DNA of 51,469 nucleotides from an uncultured Rhizobium sp. (GTDB lineage Bacteria; Pseudomonadota; Alphaproteobacteria; Rickettsiales; UBA1997): NCBI GenBank assembly GCA_964452075.1, contig CAYVKI010000002.1, positions 1 to 51,469 of the forward strand, read 5' to 3'. Shown piece by piece: positions 43,808 to 51,469 of this stretch (position 1 is its first letter; each line of letters starts with the position of its first letter). The notes under the pieces were generated by a model. It saw only the letters and a program-made list of their open reading frames with translations, ran no database searches and was not told where the DNA came from. The position numbers and the translations under genes were made by a program.

Positions 43808-45652
43808 CTATTCAGCAACAAAATCAAACTTGGCTTCTTTACTTCTGCCCATTCTTTTGCGATCGTTACTGTCCAAAAGCTTCTTACGTAAACGCAAAGA
43901 TTTTGGAGTTACTTCAACCAATTCATCTTCTCCAACATAAGTTATCATGTCTTCTAAAGTCAGAATTCTTGCTGGGGTTAGACGAATTGCTTCGTCAGTT
44001 CCTGAAGCGCGAATGTTGGTAAGCTGTTTTCCTTTAAGAACGTTAACTTCCAGATCGCCTTGTTTAGAATTTTCACCAACAATCATTCCAGAATAAACTT
44101 TTTGCTGAGGTTTTACAAAAAGCGTTCCGCGTTCTTGCAAATTCCACAACGCATAAGCAACGGTTTCGCCAGCGTCGGTTGAAATTAGAGCGCCATTTTT
44201 CTTAGAAATCATTTCACCTTTATATGGAACATAGGCATGGAAAATTCTATTTAGAACTCCAGAACCTTTGGTGTCGGTTAAGAATTCGCTTTGGTAGCCA
44301 ATAAGCCCACGAGATGGAACGTAAAAAACTAGACGAGTTTTTCCACCAGAAGATGGTTTCATTTCGATCATTTCACCTTTTCTTGAAGAAAGTTTTTCAA
44401 CTACCGAACCGCTGAAAGCGTCATCTACGTCAACAACCACTTCTTCAACCGGTTCTAAAACTTCTCCATTTTCACCTTTTTTGAAAAGAACGCGCGGTCT
44501 TGAAACTGAAAGCTCAAAACCTTCGCGACGCATATTTTCAATTAATACACCAAGTTGCAATTCTCCACGTCCACCAACTTCAAAGGCATCTTTTGCGTCA
44601 GATTCTTTAACTTTAATTGCCACGTTGGTTTCAGCTTCTGAAAATAAACGATCACGAATCATGCGCGAAGTCACTTTTGAACCTTCAAGACCCGCTAAAG
44701 GAGAATCGTTAACGCCAATTGTGATCGCCATTGTTGGCGGATCAATTGGAGTTGATTTGATTGGCTCAGAAACTGACATTTCGCAAAGAGTGTCTGAAAC
44801 CGAAGCTTTTTCTAAGCCAGCGATTGCAACGATGTCTCCAGCTTGCGCTTCTTCAACAGGAATTTTTTCAACACCACGGAAAACGTGTAATTTTGTTAAA
44901 CGACCTTGCTCGACAACTTCACCTTTTAGGTTAATTGCTTTAAAGCTCATTAAATTTTTAGCTTTTCCAGAGTAAATACGACCAGTAAGCATACGACCAA
45001 AATACGGGCTGCGATCAAGCAATGTTGCCAACATTTTAAAAGGTGCGTTTTCATCAAATTTTGGCGGATTAACGTGGCTCAAAATTAGATCAAAAAGTGG
45101 CGATAAATCTTTGCGCTCATCTTTTTCTAAATCTGCAACGCACCATCCGTCACGCCCTACAGCGTAAAGAACAGGGAAATCAAGTTGTTCTTCGGTGGCA
45201 TTTAATGAAACAAAAAGATCAAAAATTTCGTTTAAAACTTCATCAGGACGGGCATCGCCACGATCAATTTTATTAATTAAAACCATTGGACGAAGACCTA
45301 AAGCCAAAGCTTTTGCAAGCACGAATTTGGTTTGCGGCATCACGCCTTCAGCGGAATCAACCAAAATAACCACGCTGTCTGCCATACAAAGTACACGCTC
45401 AACTTCACCACCGAAATCGGCGTGTCCCGGAGTGTCAATTACGTTAATTTTTTGATCTTTCCACATCAAAGAAGTGCATTTTGCAAGAATGGTAATTCCG
45501 CGTTCTTTTTCTAGATCGTTAGAATCCATAACGCGATTTTCAACTTGCTGGTGAGCGCGGAAAGTGCCGCTTTGGTGAAGCATGGCGTCAATAAGGGTGG
45601 TTTTGCCATGGTCAACGTGAGCAATAATGGCAACGTTTCTGAAGCTAGTCAT
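43808..45652 (-). CDS. typA: translational GTPase TypA/BipA
   Basis: RNVAIIAHVDHGKTTL, DTPGHADFGGEV and NKIDR are present. The 614-aa length and C-terminal region are typical of BipA. Confidence 0.95.
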   Translation of the reverse strand: MTSFRNVAIIAHVDHGKTTLIDAMLHQSGTFRAHQQVENRVMDSNDLEKERGITILAKCTSLMWKDQKINVIDTPGHADFGGEVERVLCMADSVVILVDSAEGVMPQTKFVLAKALALGLRPMVLINKIDRGDARPDEVLNEIFDLFVSLNATEEQLDFPVLYAVGRDGWCVADLEKDERKDLSPLFDLILSHVNPPKFDENAPFKMLATLLDRSPYFGRMLTGRIYSGKAKNLMSFKAINLKGEVVEQGRLTKLHVFRGVEKIPVEEAQAGDIVAIAGLEKASVSDTLCEMSVSEPIKSTPIDPPTMAITIGVNDSPLAGLEGSKVTSRMIRDRLFSEAETNVAIKVKESDAKDAFEVGGRGELQLGVLIENMRREGFELSVSRPRVLFKKGENGEVLEPVEEVVVDVDDAFSGSVVEKLSSRKGEMIEMKPSSGGKTRLVFYVPSRGLIGYQSEFLTDTKGSGVLNRIFHAYVPYKGEMISKKNGALISTDAGETVAYALWNLQERGTLFVKPQQKVYSGMIVGENSKQGDLEVNVLKGKQLTNIRASGTDEAIRLTPARILTLEDMITYVGEDELVEVTPKSLRLRKKLLDSNDRKRMGRSKEAKFDFVAE

Positions 45653-45769
45653 TTTGTGTTTTTAAAGTTTGTTTTTAGAAGAGAAAAATCGGAAAAAGTC
45701 ACGAAATTTAAGGCGGCGCAAGCTAAGGATCAAAAACCAACTGTCAATTAAAACATTGCCGACGCGGCT

Positions 45770-46558
45770 TTAAACCAGATTTTCTTTCGCTGGAAATTTT
45801 TTGGATTTTACGTCAGCCGAAAACTCGCCAACAGCGCGCGAGATTTCACCAGCCAAATCGGCATAATATTTAACAAATCTAGGTTTAAATTCTTGGTTTA
45901 GGCCGAGCAAATCGTCAATTACCAGAACTTGTCCATCGCACTGCAAAGAAGCACCAATGCCAATTGTTGGAATGGAAATTTCGTGCGAAATTTCTGCGGC
46001 TAATTTTTCTGGAACAGCTTCAATTACAACTGCAAAAGCTCCAGCTTTTTCTAATAATTTAGAGGTTTCTAAAATTTCTGCAGCGGCTTTTTCTTCGCGC
46101 CCTTGATATTTATAACCACCAATTTTGCGCACGCTTTGTGGCAGAAGCCCAACGTGAGCCATAACATTGATTTTGTTTTCAACAAGAAATTTTACCGTTT
46201 CAACCAAATCGCGCGAGGTTTCAATTTTAATGGCGTGACAACCAGTTTCTGCGATCACTTTTTTTGCCGATTCTAAAGCTTGTTCTTTAGAATTTTCGTA
46301 TGTACCAAAAGGCAAATCAACCACCACAAAAGATTTTTTTGCGGCGCGCATTACCGCCTTTCCGTGATTAATCATCATTTCTAAAGTCACATCCACAGTG
46401 TCTGGAAGACCATAAATCACCATTCCAAGAGAATCGCCAACCAAAATTATATCACAAAAATTATCCAAAATTTTTGCCATCGGAAAAGTGTAAGCGGTAA
46501 GACAAACTATTTTTTCGCGATTCTTTTTTTGCAGAATTTTTGCTACAGAGCCTGACAT
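45770..46558 (-). CDS. panB: 3-methyl-2-oxobutanoate hydroxymethyltransferase
   Basis: CLTAYTFPMAKI...ILVGDSLGMVIYG...HAIKIE...GHVGLLPQS...IPTIGIGAS is canonical PanB. Confidence 0.9.
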   Translation of the reverse strand: MSGSVAKILQKKNREKIVCLTAYTFPMAKILDNFCDIILVGDSLGMVIYGLPDTVDVTLEMMINHGKAVMRAAKKSFVVVDLPFGTYENSKEQALESAKKVIAETGCHAIKIETSRDLVETVKFLVENKINVMAHVGLLPQSVRKIGGYKYQGREEKAAAEILETSKLLEKAGAFAVVIEAVPEKLAAEISHEISIPTIGIGASLQCDGQVLVIDDLLGLNQEFKPRFVKYYADLAGEISRAVGEFSADVKSKKFPAKENLV

Positions 46559-49500
46559 TTATTGGTTTGAATTTGGTTGAATAATTTGCGATTTAAGATC
46601 GTTTGGCATTGGCAATTCTTTTGGTTTTTCATTTGTTTCAAGAGGCGGCGCAGGTAATTTTGCGAGACCGAAATATTGTCGAACTTGATCAATATTTAAG
46701 CTTTGATTTAAAGCATTAAAATTACCACCAATGTTGCTGGCAACATTAATTGGAACTGGCTTGTTTCGTGTTCCAGTCAAGAAAATGGCATTAAATAAAA
46801 GATTGGCATTATTTTTTGGTAAATCTACCGAGCCACTCAAAACGCCGTTTAGAGCAATTCCGGAAATATTGGCACCAACCTTTCCAACACCATTGTTTAT
46901 CTTCACTGAACCACTGGCATTTTTAAATGAAGTTTTTGCCTCAGAATCAAGAATAATTTTTTCTGGCTCTCTCAAATCGTTAGCATTTAATTTTGGAGCA
47001 AGCATTTTTCTTACCAGATTTTCCAAACCATAGCCTTTGATTGACGGCGCATTTATATTAAATTTTATTTCGCTGGCCAAATTTTCTTTAAATGCACCTT
47101 TTTTTGATGCCGAAGAACTAATACTGGCAGAGATATTCGCCACTCCCGAAACATTTTCAACATCCAAAAAATCTGATAATAAATTCTGCAATTCAGCCTG
47201 CTTTATAGTAACATTTCCAATAATAGTTTTACTCAAACCAAGCCCGATTAAGCCTTTATAATCAAAGCTTCCGCCATAAACATTACAGGAAAGAACTGAG
47301 TTTTTTAAGCTACCAGAAACTAATCGACTTTGAAATTTTAGATTTTTTATCGCTCTTTGTTTTAAATTAAGATTTGCAAAAGTTAGATTCACATTACCAT
47401 TAAAGCCGTCCAGAGATGGCAAATCAAAAAATCTATCTATTAAATCGGATTTTGAAGGTTTTAAAACACCTTCCGCACTCTCCAAAGAATCTTCCTCCGA
47501 AACGCTTCCGTAATGAAAATTATTGGCAGTAACATTAAGGGTGAATTGCGGGCTTTTTTCACTAATATCTACAAGAATATCAGCTTTTAAATCTGTTTGA
47601 GGAGAGTTTAGTTCTAGATCATCAATTTGAACATAACCGCGCCCGAATTTCACATGCATTTTTTGGTCAGTAAACTCTTCTTTACCAAAAATCATTTTAT
47701 CAAAACTTAACTCCAAATCTGAGTTGGAAGATATATCATTAAGCCATAAAAGCTTTTTTACCAGCAAGCCCTGACTAAAATAAATACTGTCATCTGAAGC
47801 ATAAAAATAATCATCAACATTGAATTTATTGCCCCGAAAGCGACTTTTAATGCTGGGAATTTTGTCGCTATTATCAATGGTTAACTCTCCCAAAAACTCG
47901 CTGCTTCCGCCGTTTAAAATTAAATGAAAATTACCAAACTTACTTATATTTGGAGCCAGAAATATGTCTGAGTAAATTTTGTATTCTTTAAGGTTACTAA
48001 ATTTTAAACTTTGCGATTCAACTTTTAACCAACGCAAAACATCTTCCAAACTTTTGCCTTGCAGGTCAAATTCACCAATAAATTTTGGTAAAGATCCACT
48101 ATTATCAAGAACGCCCCAAGCCCTAAAAGCACCTTCTCCCGGAATTGTGAATAGAGCCGGAGCGACTAAAATTTCGCCTTCTTTTGAGATGGTTAAATAC
48201 AAACTCGCATCTTTAATTTCTCCCGAAAATAAAGCGATATTAGAAATTTTTATTTCGGCGTTTAGATCAAAATTGCGCAGATTTTTTACTAATTCTAGCT
48301 TGGGAATTTTTTCTTCCGAAATTATTTGCGACTTCTGATCATCTTTTACATCCAAAGGCTCTGCTTGCAAAGATTCTGCAACTTCATTTCCTGCAAATTT
48401 AAACTTTTCATCCAATAAGTTTTCGCCGTAAGAAGCTGTCAAAGCTTCATCTGACAAGAAGTTGTTTAGATCAAGATTTGCAAGGTCAATATTCATGTCA
48501 ATTGCAGGAATTTTTCCGCTCAAATCAAAATCTATTGAACCTTCGCCGCTTATCAAACTCGAGTTTATCAAAAGATCTTCGATTTCTATTATGTTATCTT
48601 TGCTACTAATGTTGGCGCTAATTTTTATGGGCTTAGAATTTAATTTTAACTTATTCGCAAAGACACCATTATTACTGATATAGCTTTTGTAGAAAGATTT
48701 AAATTCTAGAATTTCTCCTTCAATTTTTCCCGAAAATACACTTTTTGAAATTCCCAAATTTTCCGAAGAAAAATTTCCTGCAATACGAATTTCGGCAGAT
48801 GGAGAAGATAATTCAAAAAAAGAATCAGGTTTTTTTGAATTAGAGCCAAAGCGCGCCTTAGCCTTAAAATTACTAACAACCCCTCCGGAAACAAAAATTC
48901 CTGAAGAAGCCATTTCTTTTTCTCCAAATTTAAATTTGGCACTCAAAGAGCTAAATTCATTTTTTTTATTAAAACTATCGTAGAAAAACCCCTTGCCATT
49001 TTTAATTAGAATTTCGGGCATTTTATTGAGATTTAAATCTGAATTCAGCTCACCTATTGAAAATAGTTTTGCCGTTAAACCTGATGTAGATTTTTTTTCA
49101 TTTCTTGGAGGTTTTTCTGCAAGCTGCTCTGAAATTTCAGTAAAACTATCGCTACGAACTGCATCTTTGTTGCTTTCGTAATAAGATTGCAGAATGGCAT
49201 TTGAGAAAATTATTTTTTTGATAGCCGATCCTTTAGAAAAGCTAAATAAAGCCAACTTTATTTGAATTTGTTTGGCATAAAGATTGTGTATTTTTTTATC
49301 GAGATCTTTATCTGTATTTACAGCATACTGACGCAGAAAAACCTTATTTAAGGTTATTGTTGGACTCGGAAGAAATGCAACTTCAGCATCCCCCAAAATC
49401 GTGAGATCAAAACCTAAAGCTTGAGTAACTTTCTGAGAAATCTGAAACTTCAAAGCCGAATTATTAAAGAAAAATGGCAGCAAATATAAAGCCAGCAAAA

Positions 49501-49603
49501 TACACACAAAAACTGCAAAACCGATACGCAACACTTCTGATTTCGCAATACGAATTCTTGTTGCGACTAATTTTTCGACGAAGTTTTTGCTAAACTCATT
49601 CAT
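46559..49603 (-). CDS. AsmA-family outer-membrane biogenesis protein
   Basis: It has a single N-terminal TM anchor (IGFAVFVCILLALYLLPFFF), then about 950 aa of Ser/Asn/Gly/Lys-rich beta-type sequence and an AsmA-like C-terminal region (..GSVKINNGVGKV..LNGVLSGSVDL..). This is a family-level call only. Confidence 0.55.
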   Translation of the reverse strand: MNEFSKNFVEKLVATRIRIAKSEVLRIGFAVFVCILLALYLLPFFFNNSALKFQISQKVTQALGFDLTILGDAEVAFLPSPTITLNKVFLRQYAVNTDKDLDKKIHNLYAKQIQIKLALFSFSKGSAIKKIIFSNAILQSYYESNKDAVRSDSFTEISEQLAEKPPRNEKKSTSGLTAKLFSIGELNSDLNLNKMPEILIKNGKGFFYDSFNKKNEFSSLSAKFKFGEKEMASSGIFVSGGVVSNFKAKARFGSNSKKPDSFFELSSPSAEIRIAGNFSSENLGISKSVFSGKIEGEILEFKSFYKSYISNNGVFANKLKLNSKPIKISANISSKDNIIEIEDLLINSSLISGEGSIDFDLSGKIPAIDMNIDLANLDLNNFLSDEALTASYGENLLDEKFKFAGNEVAESLQAEPLDVKDDQKSQIISEEKIPKLELVKNLRNFDLNAEIKISNIALFSGEIKDASLYLTISKEGEILVAPALFTIPGEGAFRAWGVLDNSGSLPKFIGEFDLQGKSLEDVLRWLKVESQSLKFSNLKEYKIYSDIFLAPNISKFGNFHLILNGGSSEFLGELTIDNSDKIPSIKSRFRGNKFNVDDYFYASDDSIYFSQGLLVKKLLWLNDISSNSDLELSFDKMIFGKEEFTDQKMHVKFGRGYVQIDDLELNSPQTDLKADILVDISEKSPQFTLNVTANNFHYGSVSEEDSLESAEGVLKPSKSDLIDRFFDLPSLDGFNGNVNLTFANLNLKQRAIKNLKFQSRLVSGSLKNSVLSCNVYGGSFDYKGLIGLGLSKTIIGNVTIKQAELQNLLSDFLDVENVSGVANISASISSSASKKGAFKENLASEIKFNINAPSIKGYGLENLVRKMLAPKLNANDLREPEKIILDSEAKTSFKNASGSVKINNGVGKVGANISGIALNGVLSGSVDLPKNNANLLFNAIFLTGTRNKPVPINVASNIGGNFNALNQSLNIDQVRQYFGLAKLPAPPLETNEKPKELPMPNDLKSQIIQPNSNQ

Positions 49604-50099
49604 GCGGATTGGAATTTTCTAATTCACGAATAAGAATTTCGCTACTTATCAAGTTGTTGTCGGTTTCAACAAAATTGTAAATCGAAAGCAAAACTAGAAA
49701 TAACAAAATCGAAACCAATAAAGCATTAAATAAAAGATCTCGATTAGGGCTAAATTTTTTATCTTCGCCAATATTTACAAGTAAGTGCTCTTTGTTCTCA
49801 ACATTTGATTTAACTAGCAAATTCTTAACTTTCTCTTCGATTTGCGTTTCTACTTTTAGAAATTTTGCATAAGAACGAACAAATCCCAAAGCATAAATAT
49901 GCGCAGAAAGTTTTTCAAAATCATCGCTTTCAATCGCCTCAATATCATTTTTTTTTACCTTCAAATAGGCGCAAGAATCTTCAACAGAAATAGCAGATTC
50001 TAGCCTTTTTGCTTTTAGAATTTGACCAATTGATTGATTGTTATTTTCGGTTTTTATTTCAGTCATTTGCAAGGCTTGCAAGATTTTTGGTTGCATCAA
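49596..50099 (-). CDS. RodZ-like helix-turn-helix membrane protein
   Basis: An N-terminal HTH (IGQILKAKRLESAISVEDSCAYLKVKKNDIEAIE), GFVRSYAKFL and one TM helix are present. The start may be the internal M at 50066. It overlaps the AsmA-like gene start by 8 nt. Confidence 0.5.
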   Translation of the reverse strand: MMQPKILQALQMTEIKTENNNQSIGQILKAKRLESAISVEDSCAYLKVKKNDIEAIESDDFEKLSAHIYALGFVRSYAKFLKVETQIEEKVKNLLVKSNVENKEHLLVNIGEDKKFSPNRDLLFNALLVSILLFLVLLSIYNFVETDNNLISSEILIRELENSNPHE

Positions 50100-51219
50100 G
50101 AACTGCTAGAAAACCAGCATTTTCTGACATTTTTTTCAAAGTTGGCTTATCGCCGATCAAGCTATTTAGTAAATCATTAATTTTATTAATCGTAAACTCT
50201 TTTTCTTCCACAACAATTGCCGCGCCATTTTTTTCTAAGTATCTAGCATTTTTTTCTTGATGATTGTCCGCCGCCAAAGCAAATGGCACTAAAATCATCG
50301 GTTTTTTTGCCGCACAAAATTCAAAAATCGAAGAAGAACCAGAGCGCGCAATTACAAGATGCGCCTGCTTAATTAGTTCAGGCATATTTTCAAAAAATGC
50401 ATCGATGACAATATTTACATTAAACGAACGATAGGCATCAAAAGTTTTCTGCAATAATTCTTTGCGGCATTGTTGAATCACTTTAATTTCTTCTTTGAGA
50501 TTTTCGCTAAGGTTAAAAAAAGCTTGCGGCAAAATTTCGCTAAATATTTTCGCCCCTCCAGAACCACCAATTACTAAAATATTGAAGGTATTTTTTAACT
50601 CCCGCTCTTCATAAAAATCTGATGCCAAAAGTAAGTCGTAGCCCATTTTATTATCTTTTCTCAATTCGCGATCTTTCGACATCGGAATTTCATATTTCAT
50701 TTCATGCAAACTAAGAATTTCATCTCGCACTAAGTTGCCCACAAAAAAACTTTTGGATAAATTCTCAGAAGAAATTCCAGAAGTTTCTTTAAATGAAAGC
50801 CCAATTTTTTTAGCAAATTTGGCAAAAATTCTATTCACTTTTCCCAAATGAGCGTTTTGTTCGTGAAGGATAATTTCTGTTCGCGTTATAATTGCGGCAA
50901 TTAAAACTGGAAAGGTTGAATAGCCGCCAAATGCAAAAACATATTTTGGCTTTAATTTACAAAAAAGGTAAATTGATTGAAAAATTCCAATCAAAATTTT
51001 GCACGCCGCTTTTATCAAAAATATTGGAGATTTTTTAATCTGCGATGAGCTGATAATTTTAGACGCAAATTGGTCATTTTCTTTGATGTAGCTACGATAT
51101 TTTTCATCGCCCAAAAACAAAACTTTGCGATTATTTTGAGCAAAATATTGCGCCAAACAACGCGCCGGAATTATGTGTCCGCCAGTTCCGCCACTAACAA
51201 TAAAAATTTGCTCAGACAT
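50059..51219 (-). CDS. murG: undecaprenyldiphospho-muramoylpentapeptide beta-N-acetylglucosaminyltransferase
   Basis: MSEQIFIVSGGTGGHIIPA...GGYSTFP...GGSGGAKIF...ARSGSSSIFE is canonical MurG. I chose ATG 51219 over the 48-codon N-terminal extension in the track. Confidence 0.85.
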   Translation of the reverse strand: MSEQIFIVSGGTGGHIIPARCLAQYFAQNNRKVLFLGDEKYRSYIKENDQFASKIISSSQIKKSPIFLIKAACKILIGIFQSIYLFCKLKPKYVFAFGGYSTFPVLIAAIITRTEIILHEQNAHLGKVNRIFAKFAKKIGLSFKETSGISSENLSKSFFVGNLVRDEILSLHEMKYEIPMSKDRELRKDNKMGYDLLLASDFYEERELKNTFNILVIGGSGGAKIFSEILPQAFFNLSENLKEEIKVIQQCRKELLQKTFDAYRSFNVNIVIDAFFENMPELIKQAHLVIARSGSSSIFEFCAAKKPMILVPFALAADNHQEKNARYLEKNGAAIVVEEKEFTINKINDLLNSLIGDKPTLKKMSENAGFLAVLDATKNLASLAND

Positions 51220-51344
51220 TATTTTAATTGGAATAGAATTTGCACTTTGTAAAAAGTGTCGCTGTAAAGAATTCTGCCAGCTTGACAAATGGAAGTTGCT
51301 TTCTACCTTCGACGACTTCCTCAAAATTTTCAAAACATATTTTT

Positions 51345-51469
51345 GCACTGTCGCGTAAATCAAGTTTTTCTAAGAAATTTTTGTGATTGTAAATTTTTTG
51401 GAAGGTAAGCGTACCCAGATGTACGTGCGTTCCAAAAAATTTAGAATTACGAAAAGTTCGACGAAAAAG
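51345..51469. repeat. diverged copy of the relE-MITE family (copy B), truncated by the window edge
   Basis: A TIR-like gcactgtcgcgtaaatc lies at 51345-51361. About 45 nt downstream is a perfect 14-bp stem, taaattttttggaa (51390-51403) / ttccaaaaaattta (51430-51443). This spacing and architecture match the 42619 element. It ends in the 32-nt match to 24465-24496. Confidence 0.4.

Noticed and set aside
44481-44975. A 164-aa plus-strand ORF antisense to typA, and similar shadow ORFs at 34025-34369 (virB4), 2171-2524 (murB), 7665-7949 and 8208-8648 (giant protein), and 46731-48683 (AsmA-like gene)
   Set aside because: All lie fully inside confidently identified genes on the opposite strand. Their low-complexity Ser/Phe/Leu/Arg-rich translations are typical of antisense frames of Lys/Glu-rich coding sequence.

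Overview
This is a 51.5-kb, visibly AT-rich bacterial chromosomal segment, densely coded on both strands. It carries housekeeping genes: rplM-rpsI, rplU-rpmA, rpsF-rpsR-rplI, rpmB, rpsP, tig, recG, smpB, tgt, queA, ubiE, nuoG, typA, rph, rlmN, murB, murG, pccB, panB, metC and ansB. It also carries a scattered VirB-type type IV secretion (T4SS) set: a VirB2-like pilin at 3.1 kb, and virB4 plus one giant virB6-like gene at 30.4-35.8 kb. This content fits an alphaproteobacterium with a Rickettsiales/Holosporales-like intracellular lifestyle, which is inference only because no database search was possible. There are two tRNAs, Leu-UAG and Thr-GGU. I saw no rRNA, CRISPR array, transposase or phage genes. 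Six things stand out. (1) A 1,596-aa orphan protein (4288-9078) has motifs that parallel a SecA-type DEAD motor, followed by a long coiled coil; I regard it as a candidate T4SS substrate. (2) An RHH-antitoxin/RelE-toxin locus has a toxin gene inactivated twice, by an in-frame TAA and by a 199-bp MITE with 17-bp perfect terminal inverted repeats and a 5-bp target duplication. Diverged relatives of this MITE lie at 24.5 kb and at the 3' window edge. (3) dnaJ is interrupted by one in-frame TAA. (4) A family of GC-rich CCCCGTC-loop-GACGGGG hairpin elements occupies four intergenic loci, including one complete 101-bp nested palindrome. (5) An apparent operon links a Com1/DsbA-like oxidoreductase, an orphan MlaF-like ABC ATPase and a prepilin-leader/LamG-like protein. 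(6) Two head-to-head gene pairs have start codons 10 nt apart or overlapping. All functional calls rest on reading the translated motifs by eye, with no searches run.
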